From Candidatus Latescibacterota bacterium (GTDB lineage Bacteria; Latescibacterota; UBA2968; UBA8231), in assembly GCA_965261395.1 (NCBI GenBank), contig OZ253462.1, positions 5,184,001 through 5,248,000 on the forward strand: a stretch of 64,000 nucleotides of DNA. Reading direction: 5' to 3'. The notes beneath the pieces were generated by a model. The model ran no database searches. It saw only the letters and a list, made by a program, of their open reading frames with translations, and was not told where the DNA came from. Shown here piece by piece: positions 1 through 8,226 of the stretch; the stretch's first letter is position 1, and every line of letters begins with the position of its first letter. The translations under genes were made by a program, and so were the position numbers.

Positions 1-1404
1 CAGGGTTACTTCTGGCTGAAAGCCCCGCCCGTAGAGCTGAATCTCGGCTGGCTGGCCGGAGCCGCCGCCAAAGCCACCGCCCGCCTCGAACTGCTTCCAG
101 ACGAGATGGAAGAAGCGCGCCTTAATCCGCTTGAAGTTGTTGCCTTCGTAGAGGCCGAAACCCAACCCCTGACTGCTGCCATAGTCGCTGTTTTCTGTGC
201 GATTGACCGCGACCGACCACTTGAGGCTGCCGTCGGCTTCGAGGCTGCCGTCGGAAAAGTCCAGATGGTAGGCTTGAAAGGCCCCGCCAGCGTAGGCGAT
301 GCGGAAGGCGTCGATCCAGTAGAAGGCCCCTAAATCGAACAAGACCCCGCCCTCTGGGGATTTCAGCGATCCCCGGCCGAAGAGGGTGATAAATTGGACC
401 CTGCTTTCGATCTCGCCGTCGATCATGTTGCTGATTGAGGCCGTCTGCGTCGCCGTACCGGAACCACCGCGCTCCAGCATCTCGGAGAGGATCTCGTCGC
501 CTTCGGCCAGAATCTCCAACTCCGCCAGCCGCGGACGCTCCTTGCGGTAGTAGCGGATCGCGCCTCGGCGGTCGGCATCGAGGCGGTCGAAAACTTTCTG
601 CTCCACTAGGGTCTCGCGGCCCCCAGCGAGTTTTTTGAAGTAGTCGATCGCCCCCTGCTCTCCTGCCGGCAGGGCCTCGTACTCGGCTTGGCTCAGCTCC
701 CGACCGCGGTCGAAATCGCTGCCGGTCACCACGATCTGCACGAAGCGGAGGCCGGTGCCGGCGAAATCATCTCCCAACTGGTCCATGTCGATCTCGAAGA
801 CGCGCTGTTCTTTGTTGGGCCGCAAGGTGCGCAACAGTGTGCTGAACTCTGGCAGCGGCGAGCGCTGGTTGCCCTTGGGCTTGTTGCCCTGTGAGGCCAG
901 TACATCGAACTGCAAAAATGGATCTCCCAAATCCTCGGCGACGAATTTGAGTACGATCTTCTTGGCGATCGCCAACCGGCCCAAGTCAACGACGAACCAC
1001 CACTGCGAAGCGAGGTCGGACTCCCCGCTCGCCGAGGCTGGTTCCCAGTAGGTCGTCAAATCTCCATCAAAAATATTGGGCACCGCGGCGATATTCGCCG
1101 TGGCCCCGCCCTGTACCGCGTCGAGTGGAACGATGTCTTCGGGGTCTTTTTTGATTCTTTCTGGGGGACGCAAACGCAGGTAATCAACGATATCCTGCAC
1201 CGCATTGATGTCGCGGCGGACGTTCTGGGGCCGCACCGAGCCATCGGCACCTAGTTCCAGCACCCCCGGTGGAAAGCTCCAGTTCTGCCAGTGGGCGCGG
1301 CTATTGACGACTACCTGACTCGCCGTCACTCGATGCCCGGATTGAGCCGAGACGCCCACTGCCCAACCAAGCACTAATAAGACGCTGATACGCTGCATAC
1401 CCAT
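1..1404 (-). CDS. Secreted discoidin/F5-8-like domain protein (runs off the left window edge; probably related to the neighbouring FlgD/CHU_C-tailed proteins)
   Basis: Absent from the ORF track because it is truncated. Manual translation from ATG 1404 gives MGMQRISVLLVLGWAVGVSAQ (signal-peptide-like) ... IFDGDLTTYWEP ... WWFVVDLGR, a discoidin-type motif. It starts 3 nt after the stop of the upstream gene. Confidence 0.75.
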   Translation of the reverse strand, partial: MGMQRISVLLVLGWAVGVSAQSGHRVTASQVVVNSRAHWQNWSFPPGVLELGADGSVRPQNVRRDINAVQDIVDYLRLRPPERIKKDPEDIVPLDAVQGGATANIAAVPNIFDGDLTTYWEPASASGESDLASQWWFVVDLGRLAIAKKIVLKFVAEDLGDPFLQFDVLASQGNKPKGNQRSPLPEFSTLLRTLRPNKEQRVFEIDMDQLGDDFAGTGLRFVQIVVTGSDFDRGRELSQAEYEALPAGEQGAIDYFKKLAGGRETLVEQKVFDRLDADRRGAIRYYRKERPRLAELEILAEGDEILSEMLERGGSGTATQTASISNMIDGEIESRVQFITLFGRGSLKSPEGGVLFDLGAFYWIDAFRIAYAGGAFQAYHLDFSDGSLEADGSLKWSVAVNRTENSDYGSSQGLGFGLYEGNNFKRIKARFFHLVWKQFEAGGGFGGGSGQPAEIQLYGRGFQPEVTL

Positions 1405-1407
1405 CTT

Positions 1408-3348
1408 TCAGTAGGCTAAAACGACAACGCGCTGGCGTGCTTCTTTACCTTGGTCGCTTTCTACTTCCAGCCGCAGCAGGTATAATCCCGGCACAGCCAC
1501 CGACCCGTCCGCTAACTTCCCGTCCCAGCGCAGCGCGACCCGGCCGCTCGCCGCCGTGCCCCGATCCACCGCTCCGATCCACCGCCCTGACAAGTCGTAC
1601 AAGTCCAACATCACTGGCACGGCACCAAAAAGGTTCAACAACTCGTATTCGATCTCAAGGGCGTCGTTGATGCCATCGCCGTTGGGCGTAAACACCGATG
1701 AGGATAGCTTGAGCGCGTTGACTGCTTTCTCTCCGACCTCGGCTAACTCCACGCTCAGGGTATTGCTATCGATCAGCGGGTCAGCATCGCCCGGGGTTAA
1801 CGCCTGCCGCACCTCAAAGGGCTTTTCGCTATCGGAGATCCGGCCAGTGAACACCGTTCCAAACTTGAACACTTCCACGGCGAAATCTACCTCGATCCGT
1901 TCGCTGGTTTGCTGCACGTCCATCCGTGGGATTTTGAGGACAAAGCCGGCGGCGTCCGAGTGTACGACCTCAAAGCCAACTTCCTGGCCGGCGATTCGCA
2001 CGCCGTCGATGCTGACCACTTCGACTGGTGTCTCAATCTCGATGGTGTCAAATCCCAAATCTTCGCGCTCGAATTGCGGCAGAATACTATAGGTAAATTG
2101 GGTGATGTCCCCGGCTTGGGCACTCGGCGGCGAAATTTCGGCCAACACTTGCGTCGCTACTGGCGGGTCCGAGATGCTAAACTGCAAGAAATCTAGCTGC
2201 CCACCAGCGTTCTTCTGCGCGGTGAAATCGGCTTTGAGCTGTACGTAGCGACGCGGTTTGTCGGCTTGCATCGCCCCCGAACCGGCCGCAAAGGCGTAGG
2301 CCTGACTCCAAGACTCCCAGTTCTGGGTATCGGGCGTGATCCCGGCCTTCTCGCCTTTGTTGAGCCGGTCGTAGGCTCGGGCCGTAAGCGGCTGGCCCTT
2401 GGCATCAAAGCGGCTCTGCTCGTCGCCGCGGAAGGTGAAGCGCCAATAGATGCTCGGGTCTAGCACGTCGCCACTGCGCATCACTAAGTCGATCTGGGCA
2501 CCAGTATTGACTTCGCCCGACCAACTCAAGTCGCCCAAGGCCACCGGCTTACCCAAATCGATAATGTTACTAGTATAATTGGAAAGGGGCGCAAAACCCG
2601 AACCGTAGAGCTCCAGCTCGGCCAATTCCCAAATCCCCCGCGTATTCTCCGGTGCCCGGAAGAGCAACTTGCGGATCGGCTCGTCGGGCATCTTCAACTC
2701 AATGACCGGCTGCGTATTGTCGCGAATATTGTGAATCACATCGAAGGGCACATAATCGCCCCGCGCCCCAGCCTGCAGTTCCCGCTGTGGATCCTTGAGC
2801 GGATCGCCGTCGCTGGTGCCGATAATGAAGCGCTCGACAAAGCGATCGGTCAGGTGGCTGGGCCGCGGGTAAAACTTGACCCGGTCGATAAAAAACAGCC
2901 CGCCAAAATCGAAGATCAGGTTTTTGGTATTCGGCCCATGCGAGGCGAAATGACCGTCTCCCAGATAGGCCGTATTGGGATCCTCGTCCCAAATAAGCTC
3001 ATCGTCGTCGTCGAACCCTCCCCAGCCGATCCAAGTCAGGTAGAGGATATCGCCGAGAAAATCGGCCTGCGGCAGAAGTGGTGTCAGATTGACTGTGGGG
3101 TCGAGTTGCCGCGGCGCGATGTGGCTGCCGGACACTGCTAGCAAGTTGATACTACCGTGCAAATCCTCGTCGGTATCGGCCCAATCGATCTGCACGAACT
3201 CCACCCCCTCAACCGATGCCAGCTCCGGCGCGGGTAGGTCGGCACCCCCGATTCGGTAGATGGTTAGAGCACCCAGATTGCCTGCTCCAACCGCCAGCGA
3301 CCCCACCGCCCACAATGCGACTATGTACCTCATCTGGCTCATCCCCAT
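1408..3348 (-). CDS. Secreted protein with discoidin-like N-terminal region and C-terminal FlgD-Ig/CHU_C-like domain
   Basis: Signal peptide; LIFDFGG..IDRVKFYPR; C-terminal VFTPNGDGIND...WDGK...PGLYLLRLEV...VLAY. Start codon uncertain (3354/3348/3342/3333). Confidence 0.8.
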   Translation of the reverse strand: MGMSQMRYIVALWAVGSLAVGAGNLGALTIYRIGGADLPAPELASVEGVEFVQIDWADTDEDLHGSINLLAVSGSHIAPRQLDPTVNLTPLLPQADFLGDILYLTWIGWGGFDDDDELIWDEDPNTAYLGDGHFASHGPNTKNLIFDFGGLFFIDRVKFYPRPSHLTDRFVERFIIGTSDGDPLKDPQRELQAGARGDYVPFDVIHNIRDNTQPVIELKMPDEPIRKLLFRAPENTRGIWELAELELYGSGFAPLSNYTSNIIDLGKPVALGDLSWSGEVNTGAQIDLVMRSGDVLDPSIYWRFTFRGDEQSRFDAKGQPLTARAYDRLNKGEKAGITPDTQNWESWSQAYAFAAGSGAMQADKPRRYVQLKADFTAQKNAGGQLDFLQFSISDPPVATQVLAEISPPSAQAGDITQFTYSILPQFEREDLGFDTIEIETPVEVVSIDGVRIAGQEVGFEVVHSDAAGFVLKIPRMDVQQTSERIEVDFAVEVFKFGTVFTGRISDSEKPFEVRQALTPGDADPLIDSNTLSVELAEVGEKAVNALKLSSSVFTPNGDGINDALEIEYELLNLFGAVPVMLDLYDLSGRWIGAVDRGTAASGRVALRWDGKLADGSVAVPGLYLLRLEVESDQGKEARQRVVVLAY

Positions 3349-3350
3349 CC

Positions 3351-5276
3351 TCAATAGGCTAGGGCAATGACGCGCTGACGCGCTTCCTTACCTTGGTCGC
3401 TGTCAACTTCTAATCGCAGTAGATACAGCCCTGGCGCTGTCACGGCCCCATTCGCTAGCATTCCGTCCCACATCAGCGCAAATCGTCCGCTCGCCGCCGT
3501 CCCTCGATGCACCATCCCTACCCGCCGTCCCGATAGATCGTATAGCTCCAGCGCCACCGGCACTGCGCCGAAGAGGTTCAACAGCTCGTATTCAATCTCG
3601 AGGACGTCGTTGATGCCATCGCCGTTGGGCGTAAACACCGGCGAGGACAGCTTGAGCGAGTTGACCGCCTTCTCATCCACATTGACCAGCCCCACGCTCA
3701 GCGTATTGCTTTCCACCAGTGGATCGGCGTTACCGGCGGTCAGTGCCTGCCGCACCTCAAAGGGCTTCTCGCTGTCGGAGACCCTCCCGGTGAACACCGT
3801 CCCGAACTTGAATACTTCCGCCGCAAAGTCAATCTCAATTAGTTCGCCCGTCTGTTGCGGGTCTATACGCGGGATCCGCAGTGCGAATCCTCGTGCGTCC
3901 GAGCGCACAACGGCAAAGCTGACCTCTTGGCCATCGATCCGCAACGCGTCGATGCTCGCAACCTCGACCGGGGTCTCAATCTCAATAGTATCAAACCCCA
4001 AATCCTCGTCGCGCAACTGGGGCAGAATCGCATAAGTAAAAGACGTCACCGCGCCGGCACGAGCACTCGCCGGCACGATTTCGGCTAGGGCTTGGGTCGC
4101 CACCGGCGGATTCGAGACGCTGAACTGCAAAAAGTCCAGACGACCGCCAGCTTCTTTCTGGGAAGTAAAATCGGCCTTGAGTTGCACGTAGTGACGCGGT
4201 CTATCCGCTAGCAGCACATCCCCTCCGGCGGCGAAGTTGTATGGCGGACTCCAGTCGGACCAGTTTTCGGTATCAGGTGTGATCCCGGCCTTTTCGCCCT
4301 TTTCCAATCGGTTGTACGTGCTGAGCGTCAGGGCGCTACCGTTGGTAGCGAAGAGACTGCGCTCGTCGCCGCGAAAGGTCAGACGCCAATAGGAATTGGG
4401 ATCGTCGTCATCGCCGCTGCGCATCGCTAGCGCCACCTTTGCCCCTCCCTCGGCCTCCCCCGACCACGTTAGGTCGCCCAAACTAGCCATACCGCCTAAG
4501 TCGATGACGTTGGTTGTGTATTGGCTCTTGGGCGCGAAGCCGATACCGTAGAGTTCAAACTCGGCGATCTCCCAAACGCCGCGGGTGTTGGGCGGTGCCT
4601 CAAACATGAGTTGGCGGATAGGCAGATCTGGGATACTCAGCTCGATCACCGACTGCGTGTTCTCGGTGATGTTGTACACCAAGTCGTAGTCGCGAAACTG
4701 GCCACCTTCGCCGCCGACGACGTACTCACGCGTATCCTTCTTGAGCGGGTCGCCGTCGCTGGTGCCGACGACGAAGCGCTCGATGAAGCGGGTGTCGAGA
4801 AAGCGTTCGCGGGGGTAAAACTTGATGCGATCGACGATGAAATTGCCGCCCAAGTCGAAGATCAGAAGCTTGTTTTTGACCCGACCATAGTCTCCGCCCC
4901 AATCGCCATCGCCGAGAAAGTGCGTCGTTGGGTCGCCGTCGAACATTGGTGCATCGCGGGCCGGAAAGCCTGCGAAACCAACGATCGTCTGCAAGGTCTC
5001 AATCCGACCACCGCGCTCGTTCAAAAGGGGAGTCAGGTTGACTGTCGGGTCTAGCTGCTGCGGCACGATCCCATCGGGGGCGAGCGCCATTTGTACCGCG
5101 CTACCATGCGCTTTGGCATTTATGGCCTCCCACTCGAGCTGGACAAATTGATAGGGCACGTCCAACTCTGGCGCAGGCAAATCCGCTGCGCCGATGCGGT
5201 AAATGGTCAGCGCACCGCTGCCCCCACTCCATCCTACCACCGCCCAAAGCGCCAAGAACCATAAGCCCCTCTTCAT
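3351..5276 (-). CDS. Secreted protein with C-terminal FlgD-Ig/CHU_C-like domain (tandem paralog of 1408-3348)
   Basis: MKRGLWFLALWAVVGWSGGSGA signal peptide; MFDGDPTT...FDLGG; VFTPNGDGIND...PGLYLLRLEV...ALAY. Colinear with the adjacent paralog. Confidence 0.82.
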   Translation of the reverse strand: MKRGLWFLALWAVVGWSGGSGALTIYRIGAADLPAPELDVPYQFVQLEWEAINAKAHGSAVQMALAPDGIVPQQLDPTVNLTPLLNERGGRIETLQTIVGFAGFPARDAPMFDGDPTTHFLGDGDWGGDYGRVKNKLLIFDLGGNFIVDRIKFYPRERFLDTRFIERFVVGTSDGDPLKKDTREYVVGGEGGQFRDYDLVYNITENTQSVIELSIPDLPIRQLMFEAPPNTRGVWEIAEFELYGIGFAPKSQYTTNVIDLGGMASLGDLTWSGEAEGGAKVALAMRSGDDDDPNSYWRLTFRGDERSLFATNGSALTLSTYNRLEKGEKAGITPDTENWSDWSPPYNFAAGGDVLLADRPRHYVQLKADFTSQKEAGGRLDFLQFSVSNPPVATQALAEIVPASARAGAVTSFTYAILPQLRDEDLGFDTIEIETPVEVASIDALRIDGQEVSFAVVRSDARGFALRIPRIDPQQTGELIEIDFAAEVFKFGTVFTGRVSDSEKPFEVRQALTAGNADPLVESNTLSVGLVNVDEKAVNSLKLSSPVFTPNGDGINDVLEIEYELLNLFGAVPVALELYDLSGRRVGMVHRGTAASGRFALMWDGMLANGAVTAPGLYLLRLEVDSDQGKEARQRVIALAY

Positions 5277-5319
5277 GCTCGCGATCCCCAAGGTTTGTAG
5301 AATGTACAAATCATAATAC

Positions 5320-5356
5320 AAGGAGGGAGGGTAGAGCAACTCTACCCTCCCTCCTT
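5320..5356 (-). terminator. Perfect 17-bp stem-loop after the CBM9-like gene (terminator or mRNA-stabilising hairpin)
   Basis: AAGGAGGGAGGGTAGAG-caa-CTCTACCCTCCCTCCTT, 32 nt past the stop at 5389; only a weak U-tract follows. Confidence 0.65.
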
Positions 5357-5388
5357 AATTGGTACTTAAAACTACTAGCTGTTTGCGC

Positions 5389-6315
5389 CTATTGGCCGAA
5401 CGAAGCCTTGATATGGCCCCAGCTATTGCCCTCGACAGCCGTCGTCTGCTCCGGCAGCAGCTCGGTTTGGACCGGCAGCAGAATGTAGTCGCTACCGCAG
5501 GCACCGTCGCCGTTGATGCAGGGCTGACCGCCCAGCGCCCACTTGGCGGTGCGAGGATCTTCCGAACTCGGGCCGTTGTCGTTATCGACGACTTGGATAC
5601 CGACGCCGATAATCTCATTCTCGACAAAGTCGTGGAGGATGCTGTTTTCGGGGCTGTTGTGATCGAAATCATCCCAACCAACCGTGTACCATTCGGCCTG
5701 GAAGTTGGACTCGGTGCCGTGGGCACCATCGAGGTTGAAAGAGGTCGCGCAGCACGAATAAGGCTCTTTATCGTGCCAAGTCGAGCTGCTCAGCCAGAAC
5801 CAGTAGAAGCCAAAAGGCTCAAGAGCCGGCCAGCGATAGTGCCCCGTCTGGTTGGTGCGGCCGTTGTTGCGGGCCCGTTCCTCCGGGTCTTCGTAGTCGG
5901 CATCCCAGAAGGCGTGGCGATCGGCGCTGTGGTCAGCGTCGAGGAAAATCTCAATGCTGTCGTCTTGGCCACAGCAGCCAAAGCCGCCGGCATCGCGATC
6001 CCAAATGTCATCGAAGCGATCATAGACATAATAGATGCGATCCAACTCGTCGTTCCAACCAATGGCGACGCGGAAGTTGAGGTTAGCCGTGTCGATCTCG
6101 CGACCGATATCGCCCTCGGCGACTTCCGTCTGGAAGATGTCGATCCACAACTCCGCCGGCAGCACATTCCACTCGGAGATGTCGCCATCCAAGTTGGGAA
6201 GGTGGGTCGACGGCCACTGCCACGCCCCGAAGATCTGGCCTTCTGGGAAGTGGGCGAGGCTAGCCGTGCTAGTCAGCATCAACGCCGTAGCGGCAAAAGC
6301 TAACAATTTTCTCAT
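5389..6315 (-). CDS. Secreted CBM9/DOMON-like sugar-binding-fold protein with C-terminal AVE..SWGxIK motif
   Basis: Signal peptide MRKLLAFAATALMLTSTASLA; LDGDISEW, DSIEIFLDADHS and IGVGIQVVDND are CBM9-like motifs; tail TTAVEGNSWGHIKASFGQ; strong RBS (AGGAGG). Confidence 0.7.
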   Translation of the reverse strand: MRKLLAFAATALMLTSTASLAHFPEGQIFGAWQWPSTHLPNLDGDISEWNVLPAELWIDIFQTEVAEGDIGREIDTANLNFRVAIGWNDELDRIYYVYDRFDDIWDRDAGGFGCCGQDDSIEIFLDADHSADRHAFWDADYEDPEERARNNGRTNQTGHYRWPALEPFGFYWFWLSSSTWHDKEPYSCCATSFNLDGAHGTESNFQAEWYTVGWDDFDHNSPENSILHDFVENEIIGVGIQVVDNDNGPSSEDPRTAKWALGGQPCINGDGACGSDYILLPVQTELLPEQTTAVEGNSWGHIKASFGQ

Positions 6316-6470
6316 TGTTGCGACCTCCTAGATAAGGTTAAATAAAAAAAGCGGCGTCACATCTACCACCGTTGGCGACCGCCTTTACTTGAGAGCATTT
6401 ACGCCGAATACTCCCTATACAAACTGCCAACTAACAAAAAAAGGATTGAATAATTTGTCAATGATTTTTC

Positions 6471-8213
6471 TCAGCGAGTGTTATCGGCCAGTACCGTGCC
6501 CGTAGCCCACGGCATCGCGCTGCGGCTTAACTCCCTGCGCTGAGCTGCCTTTTCTAGGTTATGGACCAGGGCGGAAATTCTGATATGATCTGCTCTGTTT
6601 TCCTGTTTTTTATACACTTGAGCTAGTGCCTGATATGCGCGAATATACTGGCTATCCTCCTCAATTGACCGCTTGAAAGCCCGCTCCGCCTCGACTAGCT
6701 TGCCCATTTTCCAATAATCTACACCTAGATTGTAATGGGCCTGGGCCATTTCTGGATCCAAATCGATGGCCTTGAGGTGGAATTCTATGGCTCGATTCGG
6801 GTCGCCAGATAGCGAATAGGCGATGCCAAGATGGGTATAGGCCGGTGCGAATTCAGGAGCTAGGTCCACCGCTTTTTGGTGCTCTTCTATCGCGCGCTCG
6901 TACTGGCCTTGCCGCACGTAGGTCCTGCCCAAGTCGTCGTGGATTTTGCCCACGTTCGGCGTCACCCGCGCCATGTATTCTCCCATTTCCAGATCCGACA
7001 CCGAATAGGTGGCGTCGCTCCAAGCCAAAAAGAGAATGGGTACGCCGAAGTAGAGCACCTGTCGCCCTGTCTCGAATGCATAGCGCAATCCCACCCAGCG
7101 ACCAACGCTTTCCTGTAGCCTTTCGCGCAGCCCCTTGCGCCCGACCGCGACCGCTTCGCCCTCGTCCCCGGCGACGAAGTTCTGGCGGATCTCTTTTCTT
7201 CGCACTTTCCACATAAAACCGTCGTAGTAGTAATGCAAAAAAGCCGAAGCGGCGATGATGACCTTAGCCACATCGTACATCAGGTAGTTCTCTGTCGCTC
7301 GGGCCAAGGCCTCAATTCCGCCATAAGCCAAAATCAGAACCACGTAGAACAACACGATGCGGAAGCGGCCGTCGGCGAACAAGAAGCGAAAGAAGGACGC
7401 GCCCAACTCCTTCGAGCGCTTGAGCACCCCGTGGTTGTAAATCCAGACGATGGCAAAGTACTGAATATCGTGGGCCAAGGCCGTAATCGCGTAGCCGAGG
7501 ATGATATCTTCAAGGACGATATAGGCGTAATAAACAGTGGCGAAGGTCGTCAGCGAAATTGCCAGCTTCGGCCAAACCACTGGTATGCCCCGCGCTCGCT
7601 CGACGACCATGTTTACCACGTAGAGAACGGCTATTCCGACAGCCAGATAGAAAACCCACTCCCTAAGCTCTAAGACAAACTCCGGTGTGATCCAAGTGTA
7701 GAGGCCGAAACCGTAGCGGTGGCAGCGTTCGAGGAAATTGATCAAGTAATGGGGGCTGTCGATGATGATATAGCCGAACCAAACGGCCGTCAGCCACCAG
7801 TCCAGCCGCGAGCTAAGGCGTGAGGGCTTGCGGCGTTTGACATCGTAGATCCTCATGAAGCCGTAGTGCTGCATGAAGAAATGCCACAGGTCCCACAGGG
7901 CCAAAAAGATGAAGAAGCCCAGATGGCCGTTGAATACACTCCAAGCCACGAAGGCGGTCACCACCAGCGGCGAGACGAGGAAGGTCGCCTTGTGGCGGTC
8001 GAAAAGCTCTCTTTCGCCGTAGGCGCGCATGAAGCCGGGTAAGTGATGGCCTACCGCAAAGAACGCCAACACGAACCAAGCAATGTCCGCCGAGCTGAAG
8101 TATTGTGAAGCAATGAGTAACGCGACCAGCGACAAAAGGGGCGTGCCGATAAAAAAGATCGCATCGCAGCCGCGATTGATGATCCAGCCTTGCACCGTAG
8201 AGACACCGCTCAT
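6471..8213 (-). CDS. Polytopic His-rich membrane protein with C-terminal TPR repeats
   Basis: About 9-10 hydrophobic segments with GHH, WHFFMQHYGF, HDIQYF and HYYYDGFMWK motifs; about four TPRs (AYTHLGIAY, AHYNLGVDY). Confidence 0.75.
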   Translation of the reverse strand: MSGVSTVQGWIINRGCDAIFFIGTPLLSLVALLIASQYFSSADIAWFVLAFFAVGHHLPGFMRAYGERELFDRHKATFLVSPLVVTAFVAWSVFNGHLGFFIFLALWDLWHFFMQHYGFMRIYDVKRRKPSRLSSRLDWWLTAVWFGYIIIDSPHYLINFLERCHRYGFGLYTWITPEFVLELREWVFYLAVGIAVLYVVNMVVERARGIPVVWPKLAISLTTFATVYYAYIVLEDIILGYAITALAHDIQYFAIVWIYNHGVLKRSKELGASFFRFLFADGRFRIVLFYVVLILAYGGIEALARATENYLMYDVAKVIIAASAFLHYYYDGFMWKVRRKEIRQNFVAGDEGEAVAVGRKGLRERLQESVGRWVGLRYAFETGRQVLYFGVPILFLAWSDATYSVSDLEMGEYMARVTPNVGKIHDDLGRTYVRQGQYERAIEEHQKAVDLAPEFAPAYTHLGIAYSLSGDPNRAIEFHLKAIDLDPEMAQAHYNLGVDYWKMGKLVEAERAFKRSIEEDSQYIRAYQALAQVYKKQENRADHIRISALVHNLEKAAQRRELSRSAMPWATGTVLADNTR

Positions 8214-8226
8214 GTCGTGGGTTTAT

